This document shows positions 43,780 to 57,972 of a DNA stretch of 64,000 bases, piece after piece. The first letter of the stretch is position 1, and each line of letters opens with the position of its first letter. Under the pieces are notes generated by a model that did not search any database, had not been told where the DNA came from, and worked only from the letters and a program-made list of their open reading frames with translations. Location of the stretch: assembly GCA_951406725.2 (NCBI GenBank), contig OX597814.1:97712001-97776000 (forward strand), read 5' to 3'. Position numbers and translations under genes: made by a program. The DNA is from Octopus vulgaris (lineage: Eukaryota).

Positions 43780-45960
43780 TGACACAATGCTTCTCTTATG
43801 TAGTACCACTGGCAACCTGAGGGTTCATATAAAAAAAAATTCCAAACAGAGGCCCACCTCCAGATAATAAAGGTCCCTGAACTCATGGGTAACTACAAAC
43901 CACCTCTCTTACTTACCTCTCTGAATCAGCTGACCACTACAAAGTAACACCCCCAACATTTTTTTTTTGGAAAACAAAAGATGCCTTGTAAATCAAGCAA
44001 CTTACAAGTTCTTCACCTCCCAAATTGCAAAAGGATCTTCTGTTCTCTGTCAAGGTCTCCACTAACTCTACAGAATCCTCCAACACCACTTATCAATCAA
44101 GATGGTTCTGAAGTAACATTCATACTGCAAAAGTAATCACATCTGCTGCAACACCACTGTGCACATGTGCTTCCAACATCAGACTGTACATATACAACAA
44201 AACTACTCCTAAATTCCCCTTTTCCACTCCACTATCTCTTCAACATGTGTTATATATCACCATCTACAAACATTTTCTTAACTGCTTTAAAGTTAAAAGA
44301 GACCAGTCCTGACATTCTTTCTATCAATTTCAAAAACGGTTTTCTAGAACCAGTAAGCTTTTCAATCATTGTTTCACAAGAATCAATCCTAGTCTATAGA
44401 AACATAAAAGTGCATCCCATTACCAATGGTAATGTTTCTTTCTATGACAACTATCACAGTTGCCCTCACTTCAAAAATCTCAAAGGTAATGGAAACAGTT
44501 AAAAACAAACATCTTCACTGTCTCCCTTTTCAAGGACCACCACATTAGTTAGTATAGAGCCAGATCTACATAAAACTTGTTCTATTACATTATATACAAG
44601 TAGTCATTTGCCCTTGATAAATTTGGAGAAAGCAATGCTTTTGCCCTTTGACACATGTAACATACATATACATATGTCAAATGTGGAAACTTTTGCAGTT
44701 AGTGGTGTATATATTTGTATGCCATTTTTATACCAGTTACATTGTAAGTGTTTTTACAGTTGATTCACAATAGGTATTATCTTCATGTCTGTGTTACTTG
44801 TATCAAGATACAAGTGACACAAAGATAAACAACAGAAATAACACTGACAACTCAAAACTACACCAGTTCAATAAGGGTTTTATTCATAATGGGAAGTTAA
44901 AAATGTTTTTACAGTATTCATATTTGATTTTTTTCTGAGTCAATACAATATGAGGAATTTCTGATGTACTGACACGATGGAAATGTTAATTAAACGTAAT
45001 TCGAGCAAGGCTTTTCATAACAGTGATCAGTGTACAACATCAGTTTCTGAGATGCATTCCACAAAGTAGGCAAGATGCCCTGAAGTATATATATAGCAGT
45101 ATCTGTGGAGTTCAGTTAGTGTGCATTGTACAAGAAAATTTGAACTAAAGGCTGTAAGCTAACACTTCTATTATAAAGTGCCCACTTATAACAGCAATAA
45201 GATGATCTCTATGACAGTAATTCACAACAGGACAGGGTGAACCTTTGAGAATTGGATGTCTTTTTCGATGGAATTGACAAACAGTAATCACGACTTTCAT
45301 TACATATATCAAGAGAAAAAATGTTGCAAACCTCCAACCTAAACAGCTATGATCCTCTGAATTACTATGAATGATAGGCCTCAACATTACTGACGATTTC
45401 TACTAGTGACTGAATGTCTTCTACCTACTAAAGGCTACACCTCTAAGACTGATTTTCCTTGAAGGCCCAGAAAATACTCAGTTTTCAACAACTACAAACC
45501 TTATACAAAAGCTTGAGTAGAGTGCTGCACACTCATTTAGGATGGCACTGCAGCTACACATGCAATCCTCCTAAACTACATAAAAAAAAGGCCACCTGAC
45601 TGATTAGAATGAAGAAGCTCACCAACACACACTGGACCACACATGCTGTTTCCTCTATCTTTTCTTCTGATACTATTGTGGCCTTTACTCATCAGAGTTA
45701 GTTAGTATCATGCCACCTCCACCTAGGCACTCTCAATTTGCCTGTTACCTATAGTTAGATCACTAATCACTCCCAACCCCGGGCCCAACAATAACCACTA
45801 TGCCCAGTACTCCTCCACTCATGCATACACAAAATAGTGGCCCTCTAAAATTCTTTCCCTACCCATGGTTTTCCTGCAGCTATTTAGGAAGAAAGTTATA
45901 ATTCCATACATCTCACCAGTCTTAGAATACTTGCAAAAGTTATGGGCACAGCCCCTTCAA
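43780..45960 (+). mobile_element. Highly degenerate LINE relic (CR1/Jockey-like), interrupted
   Basis: Decayed RT-like peptides (YRARST.., ALDKFGESNAFAL) near 44550-44650; boundaries approximate. Confidence 0.4.
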
Positions 45961-46175
45961 CTAGATCAAGTCCATTAAAAAATTATAAAGAAGTAACAAT
46001 TCCTGCAAGCTACAGCATCTTTTCACAATAAGATAAAAACAATTAACAGATTGGTTTAAATTATAGATTACTTTATGTCACACAAAGCTTATTTAATCTT
46101 CATTTAAAAAGTATTTTATTTGGCTCATTAAATTGTAGCAACAAATAATGGAATTAAATATTTCAAAATTCTTAC

Positions 46176-46254
46176 CTGAGTTTTGAACTTAACCAGAACC
46201 ATATACTGATTAGGAGTAGAATCCCTAATGATTCGCATACTTTCTACACCAGCA
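46176..46254 (-). CDS. BRAP: BRAP exon (AGVESMRIIRDSTPNQYMVLVKFKTQ)
   Basis: tag/gtaag ends, 79 nt, phase 2-0. Confidence 0.96.
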
Positions 46255-46778
46255 CTAGAAATAGATAGGAAAAATATTTATCCACACCATTTCCACTGTA
46301 CTGAAACTAAAGATACTCCAATAAACACATTCAAATGTTAGAAACAAGTCCCAACTTATACATCCCTCACCACCCATACTCCTGTGAAGAGTTCTGTTCT
46401 TGACATTGTTAAAGGTACCTAAAGGATGATTCATTAGTTACATAACATTAAAGACCTTTCATGTATTTAGTTAATAAATATCATTATCATCATCGATTTA
46501 AAGTCCACTTTACCATGCTCACATGAATTGGACAGAATTTATTAAGGCAGATTTTCTATGGTAAGATGCCATTCTTGTTGCCCATCTTCATTTGTTTCCA
46601 AATAAGGTGATGTTCCTCATGATCAGACATGTATTCATGGAAGATTGGAAACAAAGGACACTGCCTGCTTGACAGTGACACTCATTTACAACTATCACAC
46701 AAGAGTCAAAGCGAGGGGACAGTAACACACATACACATGTACACACAAACAAACGTACACACTTATACACATAACATA

Positions 46779-47012
46779 CAGGCTTGGCCAAAAGTCACCT
46801 GACAGTAAATCAAAACCATTTAATTCCAAGATTTATTTATGTTCAACAACTGAATGAATTTAATAAAATCATCTAAATATGAAACATCATGAAAATTGTT
46901 CAAACTGAAGTTCTTCTTACGCAACACATTTTTCCATTTGAGTCAATACAGAATTACAGATACTATTTATGGAATTTTGATTTACTGTCGGGTGACATTT
47001 GACCAACATTAT
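46779..47012. mobile_element. Tc1/mariner-type MITE
   Basis: TA|caggcttggccaaaagtcacctgacagtaaatcaaaa ... ttttgatttactgtcgggtgacatttgaccaa. Confidence 0.7.
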
Positions 47013-47176
47013 GTGTGTGTGTGTGTATATATATATATAAATCAAAACAAGCAACAAGGATATCCAGAGATATGTTGCTTATTTTGATCTTAATCACCTT
47101 ATTTTGAAATTGTATAGATAATACTGTACTAAATTCTGGTGCCTCAACTGAAGTACCATATTCATCTGACTGTATG

Positions 47177-47213
<37 letters not shown>

Positions 47214-47379
47214 CATTTTATAAAGGGCTTAGTAAAATAAATTACTTTGCCACATTTATTTTACTAAGCCCTTTATAAAATGTAATATTTTAATTCGCCT
47301 TAAATGGTCCCTTTACATACTGAACACTTGGTGAAATTGATTAATAATAATAATTAATTAATTTTACCCTCAATTGTTG

Positions 47380-47382
<3 letters not shown>

Positions 47383-47431
<49 letters not shown>

Positions 47432-47436
47432 TATAC

Positions 47437-47483
<47 letters not shown>

Positions 47484-47639
47484 CATATATATATATACAT
47501 ATATATATATATACATATATATATATACATATATATACATATATACATATATACATATATACATATATACATATATATACATATATATACATATATACAT
47601 ATATATGTATATATATGTATATATGTATATATGTATATA

Positions 47640-47702
<63 letters not shown>
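47383..47702. repeat. (TA)n/(TACA)n compound microsatellite
   Basis: Seen directly. Confidence 0.9.
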
Positions 47703-47705
<3 letters not shown>

Positions 47706-48079
47706 CACAAAACAAGCTTCTTTCAGTTTCTGTCAACCAAATCAAGTCACAAGGCTTTGGCCAGCCTAGGGCTATTGCAGAAGACACTTGCCTAACATTC
47801 CACATGATGGAACCAAAACCAAAAACCATGGAGGAGGGAAGCAAACCTTTTACCATACACCCACACCTGCACCTAATAATACTTAGTTTATGAATATCTA
47901 TTTCATAATAAAATATTTAAAAACTTCACAAGATACAAACAAATTATATAAAATACCCCAAAAATAAATACATAAAATTTGTAAATATGCAATATATTTT
48001 CATCTGTATTTACATATTGTTTTCTTAAATAGTTTTGCATCTGTTCTTGTATTCTAATAATTTATTACATGTCTCAGGT

Positions 48080-48485
48080 TTCATCATCATCGTTTAACGT
48101 CCGCTTTCCATGCTAGCATGGGTTCGACGATTTGACTAGGGGCTAGCGAACCAGATGGCTGCACCAGGTTCCAATCTTCATCTGGCAGAGTTTCTACAGC
48201 TGGATGCCCTTCCTAACGCCAACCACTCTGCGAGTGAGGTGAGTGCTTTTACGTGCCACCAGCATAGGAGCCAGTCAGGCGGTACTGGCAACGACCTCGC
48301 TCGAATGTTTTTTCATGTGCCAGTAAGGTGACGTTGGTAACGATCACGCTCGAATGGTGCCTTTTACATGCCACTGGCACAGAAGCCAGTTAGCCACTCT
48401 GGCAACAATCACACAAGGATGATGCTCTTAACACCCCCACTAGCACGGGGCACAAGTGCCAGTAAGGCGATGTTGGTAACGATAT
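48080..48485 (-). mobile_element. RTE-tail SINE-like repeat
   Basis: Highly similar to 53345-53840. Confidence 0.75.
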
Positions 48486-50467
48486 GCCAATAAATTTTGA
48501 AAACCTTTCTCATAAAATATGTGCTGCTTTTATTCCATCTACTTAGCGTTTTTTACACTTAGTCATATCATTCCAATTGATATTACACAGCCTCTATAGT
48601 CAATGTAGTCTGTTTCAGTGTCATACAACCCTATGTAGCCTTTCTGATACATACATCAAACAACTTATATATCATACAAGAGGAATGTCTTTTAAAATTG
48701 ACTCATTATATACCCTCTAACAGAGTTGAACAACATGCCAGCACGGAACATGGATGTTAAATGATGATGATGATGGAATAGAGACACTTAGGAAAATTAA
48801 TTAGTGTAATGAATTTGGAAAATGAAATGCAACTATTTTGTATAACTTTTGTAATGGCTTGTAAATAGGTGTATTGTATTAAAAAAAGTTTCAAATATTC
48901 AGACAAAATATAATAGCCATTTGTGTATTGTGATGAAAATACATGAAAAAGCAAATATAATGCAGTATTCATCAGAAGATAGTACCTCTTATCAACTGCA
49001 TTGTTTATAAAACACAAATTATTTTGGTAGCTGGATTATAATAGGCATGGCTGTGTAGTAACAAGCTTGCTTCCCAACCATATGGTTCCAGGTTCAGTCC
49101 CAATGCATAGCACCTTGGGCAAGTGTCTTCTACTATAGCTTCAAGACAATCAAAGCCTTGTGAGTGGATTTGTTATACAGAAGACTTAATAGATTTGTTG
49201 CTGTTTAGTTACGTATTCAGGAGTAGTTTAATGAATTAATTTACAGATACGGTTGTAAATAGGGTAAATGTGTTTGAAAGTTGTGGTTTCTTTGGGTTGT
49301 TTGTTCCCAAACAACACTTATTTTAGTATTGTTGACACTGCTGGACTGAATGGTACTATCCAGGTGTCAAAACCATAATGATATCTGTGGGGAAGCTGAT
49401 AATAGAGGTATGATGGATTGTTGGTATGGCTGTAGAATAATATTATAACACATCCTTTTGATATATATATTTATGTATGTGTCTGTGTGTTAGTGTCTAT
49501 TCCCCACCACTGCTTGACAACCACTGATGGTGTGTTTACATCTCCATAACTTAATGGTTCAGCAAAGGAAACCAACAGAATAAGTATTAGGCTTAAAAAT
49601 AAAAGTGCTAGGGTTGATTCATTTGACAAAAAACTTTTGATGGTGGTGCCCCAGCATGGCCAGTCTACTGAATGAAACAAATAAAAAGTAAACCAAAATA
49701 ATAAAATAGTTTCAAATTTTTTGGCAGAGGGCCAGCAGTTTCTGAGGGAAAGGGAAAGTCAATTACATCAACCTCAGTATTTAACTGGTGCTATTTCACT
49801 GACCATAAAAGGATGAAAGTAAAGTCAACCTAGGCGACATCTGAACTCAGAACATAAACAACAACAACAACAACAACAGCAACAGCAACAACAACAACAA
49901 CCACCACCACCACCACCACCCACTACCACCACCACAAGGGCAACAATTTTGGGAGAGGGGATGAGTTGATTACATCAACCACAGTGTTAAACTGGTACTT
50001 ATTTTATCGACCCTGAAAAGATGAAAGGCTAAGTTGACCTCATCAGAATTTGAACTCAGAAAGTAACAACAAACGAAATACCAATAAGCATTTTGCCCGA
50101 CATGCTAATAATAATAATGATGATGATGATGATGATAATAAAAGATCAGGAAGTCGAGGTAACTCAAATGTGAACTCTAAATACAGAAACAATTCCTGTT
50201 ATAGTAGACACATTAGGTATGATAAAAAAATATTCAGACAAATACATAACAAAAACACCAGGACTAACAAGTATATATAACATACAGAAAATAGCACTAC
50301 TAGACACTGCACACATCCTATGTAAAACACTTTCAATACAGTAAAAATAAGAGCATCACAACAAACCACAGCACATACCCAAGGCACACAGAGCTGCACT
50401 CAGTAGCGCAATGAAAGCACATAATAAAAATAAGACTACTGAACAATAATAATAATATGCATATATA

Positions 50468-51724
50468 CAGGGGTTGGACAAAATAATGGAAACATCTAGC
50501 ATCATAATTTTGAAATATCTATAAAACTGTCAAAAGTTTGTTTATTTTTATGTTTTTTTTTTAATTTATTATTAGTGTTGCTTAATATGATTTGCTAAAA
50601 TTGCTGTTTCTTTTCAGATATCATCAGAAAAAGGTAATTAAAATTCATGAAAATGACAGATCAATCAGACTTTCAAAGAGATCAAATTGTTGGTGCTCAT
50701 ATGGTTGGCGCTAGCATAACGAAAACAGGAGAAATGTTTGGTGTATCAAGAAGTACTGTCTTGAAAGTAATGACAGCCTCTGAGAAAGAGGTAAAAATCT
50801 CCTCATCGAAACAAAACTTTGGATTGGGACCATCGGACTCTTACACAAATTATTAGAAAGGATCACAAAAGTACAGCTCCCAAAATTACTGCAGAGCTTA
50901 ATGCCCACCTCAAGAACACAGTTTCCACAAAAACTGTTCACCGGGAACTGCACAAAGCTGGATTTCATGGGAGGGCTGCAATCAGAAAACCACTACTTTC
51001 AAAAGCAAACGTTGCAAATCGTTTAGTGTGGAGTAAAAACCCACAGAATTGGTCCCTAGAGCAGTGGAAGAATGTTATTTTCTTGCACGAGTCATCCTTT
51101 ACTTTATTTCCAACCACAAGCTGTGTATACATGTAGAAACAGCCAAAAGAAGCATTTGACCCAGGCTGCCTTCTTTCAACTGTTAAACATGGAGGAGGAT
51201 CTGTGATGATCGGGGGGGGGGGGGCTATATCTTGGAAATCTGCTGGCCCAATGATTTCTCTTCATGGCAGAATTAATAGTCAAGACTATTTAAGCATTTT
51301 ATCTGATCAAATTCATCCTATGGTTGCGGAACTGTTTACTGAGGGAAACGCAATCTTTCAGGATGATAATGCACCAATTCACACAGCTAAAGTTGTTACT
51401 GAATGGCACAAGGAACATTCTAGTGAAGTTGAACATCTTATCTGGCCACCACAGTCCCCAGATTTCAATATTATTGAACATTTATGGTGCATTTTAGAAA
51501 AACAAGTAAGGAGTCGATATCCCCCACGATCATCACTACAAGAACTAGAGACTACTTTAGCAGAAGAATGGACAAAAATTCCTTTGGAAACAATTCAAAC
51601 TTTGTATGAGTCCATACCTCATAGAATTCGAGCAGTAATTACTGCCAAAGGCAGTCCTACCCTATATTAAAATAAATTTGTTTGAAATTTTAAGGTGTTT
51701 CCATTATTTTGTCCAACTCCTCTG
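50468..51724 (+). mobile_element. Tc1-family transposon with DD36E spacing (pseudogenised transposase 50647-51670)
   Basis: TA|caggggttggacaaaataatggaaaca TIR with an inverted copy at the right end; HTH region, VKHGGGSVM, FQDDNAPIH, WPPQSPDFNIIE; frameshift and stop present. Confidence 0.92.
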
Positions 51725-51763
51725 TGTGTGTGTGTGTGTGCGCGTATAGATAGATAGATAGAT

Positions 51764-52026
51764 ACAATTGCAGTGTGGAAGGTGTTTATAAGCCATTTAA
51801 AAAACACACAAAAACCATTAGATTCACTTCGACATTTAAATTCAGTTTGTGTCAAAATATTTTCGTCACTTTGAAACCGCAACCTGTTCACTGACAAAAT
51901 TTCATGCTACATCACAAAAGCGACAAAACTATTTTGACACAAATTAAATTTAAATGTTGAAGTGTATCTAATGGTTTTTGTGTGTTTTTTTTAATGGCTT
52001 ATAAACACCTTCCACGCTGCAATTGT
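51764..52026. repeat. Inverted repeat (~105-bp arms), Penelope-pLTR-like, containing a minimal hammerhead-like motif at 51850-51896(-)
   Basis: caattgcagtgtggaaggtgtttataagccatt... vs ...aatggcttataaacaccttccacgctgcaattg. Confidence 0.75.
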
Positions 52027-52105
52027 CTGTTTCAGCACACAATATCAGATCAAGTCACTTGCGATGTAAGTACATCTCCGTAACATATATATATATATAT
52101 ATATA

Positions 52106-53336
52106 CGAGGGGCGTTCAATAAGTAATGCCCCTGACCCACTTCCCATAGCAGTAGAGCAACGAAACTTGGCACAGTTATTAGTCTTTTTCTACATAGGAA
52201 CCACCCAGAGTTACGCATTTCTCCCATTGTTTGATGCAGCTCTGGAGACCGTTTTTGTAGAAGACCCCAGCTTGGTCCTCCAAACACAACGTGACTTCAT
52301 AAAACAAGGCTGCATCATCTTTCAAAAACAACTTCATGGCTGGGAAGAGGTGAAAATCAGAGGGTGCAAGGTCAAGAGAGTAGGGGGGTGAAGGAGGAGT
52401 TCATAGCCGCACCTGGGAGCAAGCGAGTTGTGAACCGGAGCGTTGTCCTGCAGGAGGAGGATGCCTTTGCTGATCTTGCCCCACCTCTTGATTTTGATAG
52501 CTTCTCTTAATTTCCTCAAAAGTGAAGCATAATAGGCTCCTGTAATTGTGGTACCCTTTGCCAGGAAATCTGTCATCACTACTCTGTCCTGGTCCCAGAA
52601 GACTGTGAGCATGACCTTGCCAGCGGAGGGCTGCACCCATGCCTTCTTTGGAGGAGGTGAGTCATGGTGCTTCCACTGCATTGACTGGGCTTTGGTCTCT
52701 GGGTCATAGTGATGGACCCAGGTTTCATCCCGTGTAATCAGTCTTTTGAAAAATTTTGACTCATCTTCTTGGCACATCTCCAAATTCATCCTCGAGCACT
52801 CGACGCGTTCTTGCTTCTGGAAAGGTGTGAGCAACCTGGGAATCCATCTGGCAGGCACCTTTTGCATATGCAAATGGTCATGAATGATAGTTTCCACAGA
52901 CCTGGTACTAATCTTGACCTCATGGGTTATTTGGCGAATAGTTATGCGTCGATCTTCCAAAATGGCAGCCTCAACTTGACATCAATGGCAGAAGTGGGGC
53001 GACCAGATCTGGAAGCTGTTTCCACAGAGTTACGACCATGTTTGAATTCACGATGCCAGCGTTTTACAAGGTCATATGATGGGGCATCATCACCATAAGT
53101 TACTTTCATTTCATCAAAAGCCTCCCATGGTGTGCGTCCTTTCAAATACAAAAACCGGATCACTGCTCGACACTCAACAGGCTCCATTTCACACTTGACT
53201 CAGTTCAAACACCTGTAAATCAGAGCTGAAATTTACTACTTAATCTATAGAGATATAAATAATTGCACATGCAAAATTTCAGCTAGATCAAACAACGGCA
53301 AGTGGGTCAGGAACATTACTTATTGAACGTCCCTTG
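52106..53336 (-). mobile_element. mariner transposon, full-length but frameshifted
   Basis: TA-flanked ~37-bp TIRs cgaggggcgttcaataagtaatg..ctgacccactt; motifs WIPRLL, ITRDETWVHHYDPE, LLQDNAPVH. Confidence 0.92.
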
Positions 53337-53344
53337 TATATATA

Positions 53345-53840
53345 TCATCATCATCGTTTAACGTCCGCTTTCCATGCTAGCATGGGTTGGACGATTTGAC
53401 TGAGGGCTGGCAAACCAGATGGCTGCACCAGGCTCCAATCTTGATCTGGCAGTTTCTACAGCTGGATGCCCTTCCTAACGCCAACCACTCCGAGAGTGTA
53501 GTGGGTATTTTTACATGCCACTGGCACGGAGGCCAGTCAGGCAGTACTGGCAACGACCTCGCTCAAATGTTTTTACACGTGCCATCTGTACAAGTGCCAG
53601 TAAGGTGACGCTGGTAACAATCATTCTCAAATGGTGCCTTTTACGTGCCACTGGCACGGAAGCCAGTTAGCTGCTCTGGCAACAATCACGCTCGGATGGT
53701 GCTCTTAGCACAAGTGCCAGTAAGGCAACGCTGGTAACAACCACACTCGAATGGTGCCTTTTATGTGCCACTGGCACAGAAGCTGGTTAGCTGCTCTGTC
53801 AACAATCATGCTCGTATAGTGCTCTTTGCACCCTGCTAGC
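53345..53840 (-). mobile_element. RTE-tail SINE-like repeat with an internal duplication
   Basis: catcatcatcgtttaacgtccgctttccatgctagcatggg...; ~120-bp subunit duplicated. Confidence 0.75.
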
Positions 53841-54499
53841 ACATATATATATATATATATAATGTTATGCCTAAAAAAACTGTTGTCCTGTGTCATAGAT
53901 TCAGATTTGAATTTAAATTAATTTCTCAACATAAACTTTTCCCCCTCCTCCCACATCTGGACACTAGCCTCCACCCTCCTGCCCCCATCTGCCACCAGCA
54001 GCTTCTTTTTGACCAACCAGACAGCTTTTGAAAATGAACCAAACTATTTGAATGGCCATGAGAATAACACTCCAGTACACATAAATGGTTAGACAACCAA
54101 TCTAACCCCCTACACCCTTGACATAGCAGACCAAACATGAAACCCATCCAACAGCCCTTTCACCACACAGAATATCTCAGCTAAATAGGTAAAAATAGTA
54201 TGTTGAGGAGGATGAATATCAGCACTCCATTTTCGAAGGTCATAGAAAGTGCTACTAAACAAAGGCCATCCCACCAACACAATCAACTAGAAAAATGGAA
54301 ACAAACAAAAGCAACAGAAACGATCAGGGACAGAAGAGCAACAATGGCAACAAAGCCACCACACTTACAGGAAATAGCCAGAGAACAATAGCATACAACA
54401 ATGCTACTACCATCACTGGCAGTAACAACACAAGCAAAGGATAATAATACTAATAATAACATGCCCTGGCGATGGCATGAAACTACATCTGGTTGTGGC

Positions 54500-57400
54500 A
54501 TCATAACATGGGAAGAACAAGGTTACCCTTAACCACAACTACTTTTAGGTCACTGTTGGGCAAAATGTAGTACCTGAAAGCAAGCCTCCCCCACCCCACT
54601 GGACCTAGAAATACCATATTGGCATCTGGTGGAGTTAAGCCTGCCTCATGGAAGAAGGGGGTCCCTTTAGACTTGGTCAGCAACCCCTCTAAAGAAAGTG
54701 TCTCAAAAACAAAAATAAACACCAATGGTTGTGTCTCCTCAACACCAAAATTCTCAGGAGTGAAAATGTCAAATACAAAGGCATAAAACAATGGAGTGAA
54801 TGAGACTGGCACAAAAAACAGTGTACATGAGGGTAGGTGTGGACTCTCAGAGCACTGGCTAGCAACCGACCTAGTGATGGTGTCACGATAAAAACACTGG
54901 TGATTGCACAACCTAACAAATGCTACCTCTAAATGTGCAATGTCAAAATTAAATAATAACCACAATTGCACTAATGGGACAGGAAGTGTTAACAGTGAAG
55001 GTGTCGTACACGGCAGGCAAGGAGTATCTGATCAAGCTCTGGTAAGTCATCATCAAGCTATTGATCAGGATCAAAACCGTAGACAAAAGTCCAAAAGGAA
55101 AAGAATGAAATGGGAAAAAGACGTAAACAAAATAGTAATAGAATGCTGGCTGAGAGGTGAGCCAAATAAAAGAGGCTTCGTGAATTGAATGAAGAGAATA
55201 TGGGATGAAAAAGGAGGTTCTGAAGCATCTGCCCAGCAACTGATAGACCAAGCAAGAGCAATCTGTAGGAACGACTGGATTACAGGTGTAGACATTGAAG
55301 AAATTCAGATAAACATAAAAAAAAAAGAGCAGAAGGAGAGTGAAACAGCAGTAGCAGAAAGTGGTAATAAAGGGATGAAGAAAAAGAAAGAAGGAAATAG
55401 CAGAGAACCAGAGAATATTGATAAAGTAACTAATGAAGATAATCTATTTGGACAGGTGATAGTAAGTACTGTACAAGACTTGAACGATGAAGGGAAAGAG
55501 ATTTTAGAAACGTTGCAAAGTAAAATATCAGATGGGAACAATGAAGTATCGCCAAATGTAAGATATATGGACAGAGAAAAAGTGAGGAGAGCCACAGGCA
55601 AAGTAAACAATGTTTTAAGCTTGATTAAAACAGAAAGCATCAGAGAAACAAACCAGCTAATCATAGCTGCTGCTAATGTTGTAGCTAACATAGTGGACTA
55701 TAAGTGAAAAACTGAAGATATAAAAGGAAATGAAAAGAAGGAATCAAACTGGAGGAAGAAAAAATGAATAAAGCTGGAAAAGAGACAGAAAGAACTGGGG
55801 CAATTGAATAGGATAATGAGGAGAGCTCAAGAATAAGGTAGTAATCAGAAAATTGAATGGACAGTACAGGTTAAAAGAAAGAGGAAAACAAACAATACAT
55901 GAGGAATTGACACAAGAAGTATCAGCATTAAAGAGCAAATTGAAAAGATATGATGCTAGATGCAAAGATTTTGAACAGAATAGACTGTTCCAATCAAATA
56001 GACGTCTTCTTGAGGAAATAGAGGAAGGCCAACACCAAGAACTGATTCCAGATGCAAAAGAAAGTAAAGAATTTTGGGGAGGGCTGTGAAACAGGATATC
56101 GAGATATAAAGAAAGTGCTGAGTGGCTAACAAAGGTGGAAAGATGACTTGAAATTGTACCAAGACAAATGGACATCAGAATTAATCTATATACAGTGTGA
56201 CAGAAGTTTAAAAAATAGCAATTGGAAAGGTCCAGGTCTGGATGGAGTACATGGCTATTGGCTGAAGAACTTTACACAGTTGTATGGAAGGATTGCCGCA
56301 CAACTGGATGACTACCTGCAGCAAGGTCACATTTCTGTCTAGATGACAAGTGGACGAATGCGGCTATGCATCAAGGGTCCCTATAATCTATTTACCACAA
56401 ATGTGGAAGATTATGACTGATGATATAAAGGTTTATGTGGAAAATGAGAAACAGCTTGAAAGTCTTAAACATACTATCCGTATTTTCTTAAATGATGTAG
56501 GTAAGAAATTTAGGAGAGAAAAGTGCACTATTTTGAAAATGTAACAAGGAAGATTTGAAAGAAGCCAGGTAATTGAAATTCCAAATGGGCAAACAATGAG
56601 AGCAGTTGAGAAAGGACAGTGGTATAAGTACTTGGGAACACTGGAAGCAGACAAAATAAAAAATTAAGAAATAAAACAATTTACTGGTAGGGAGTACAGA
56701 AAGAGAGTGAGAAAATTATTGCAGTTAAAGCTAGATTCAAAAAATCTTATTGGAGCAATTAATTCATGAGCAGTACCCTTAATCAGATATGGAGTTGGAA
56801 TTATGGACTGGACCAGAAACAATATAAAGAAACTTGACAGAAAACCTAGAAAGTTGATGACAATGTATGGAGCTCACAATCTCAAAGCTGATATCAAACA
56901 GCTGTACTTGAGGAAAGACCAGGGTGGAAAAGGTTTAATAGTAGTAGAAGAATGTGTACAGATGGAAAGAAAAACCTAGGAGAGTATTTACAGAGCAGCA
57001 CAGAAAAACTACTGAAGACAGTTAATAAAGAACAGATGATCAAGTGCGTAACAGGAAAAAAACCAAGAACGATATACAAAGAGAGTACATTAGACAGATT
57101 GAAGACAAGCCCCTACATGGCCAATTTTGGAGAGCCACTGAAGATGTATGTGGAACAAAATCCTGGGCTTCGTTAAAAATGGGGCAATTTAAAAAAGAAA
57201 CAGGGAGCCTAATTGTAGCAGCTCAAGATGAAGTAATAAAAACAAACAACTTGAGAAAAAATATATATGGAAAGAATGTGTCAGAAACATATAGAGCTTG
57301 CAGAAACAGAACGAGATAGTGGCATGCAGTGTGACAGAATGCCCTAATTTGGCACAGGAAGAATATAAGAAATGGAGACATGACCAGGTTGTAAAAGTTT

Positions 57401-57970
57401 TACACTGGAAACTTTGCCAGAAATGGGGATTTGAAGCTGGAAACACAGTACAATCATTGGGTCAAAAGAGTACTGGAACCGGACAAATCTAAGATTCTGT
57501 GGGACTTCCTTATTCAAACAGACAAGTTAGAAAATAATAGACCGGACATAACAATTATAGATAAAGAAAAGCAAAGTTGTTTACTAATCAACCCATCAGG
57601 CCCATTTGATTCCAGCATCGAAAAGAAAGAGGATGAGAAAAAAAAAAGAATCCCATTAAAATTTGAAATAGGAAGAATTTGGAGTATGAGAACTATCAAG
57701 GTCATGCCCTTAATAATTGGTGCATTGGGAACAGTAAGCAACAATATAAACAAATGACTGAAGGGGATTGGAATAGAATGCCTGGTAGAGTTTCTACAAA
57801 AAGTTTGTCTCTTAAGAACAACAAGGATTACCAGGAAGGGTCTAAGCACTTGAAAGACTACTGAAAACTTGTGGATACCTTAGGTTACAGACAGTAAACC
57901 ACTACCTACATAAATCCTCCCAGGAAAAAGACCAGTCCTGAGTCAAACCAAATTTAACAGTTTCAAATAA
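54500..57970 (+). mobile_element. R4/Dong-like RLE non-LTR retrotransposon, degenerate, RT internally deleted
   Basis: WKGPGLDGVHGYWLK, YKYLG, AAQD, ECPNLAQEEYKKWRHD, WDFLIQTD, NRPDITII, PLIIGALG; many stops; 5' limit uncertain. Confidence 0.85.
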
Positions 57971-57972
57971 TA

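Noticed and set aside
55189-55707. 172-aa ORF as a nested host gene
   Set aside because: It is a fragment of the broken N-terminal ORF of the R4/Dong-like element.
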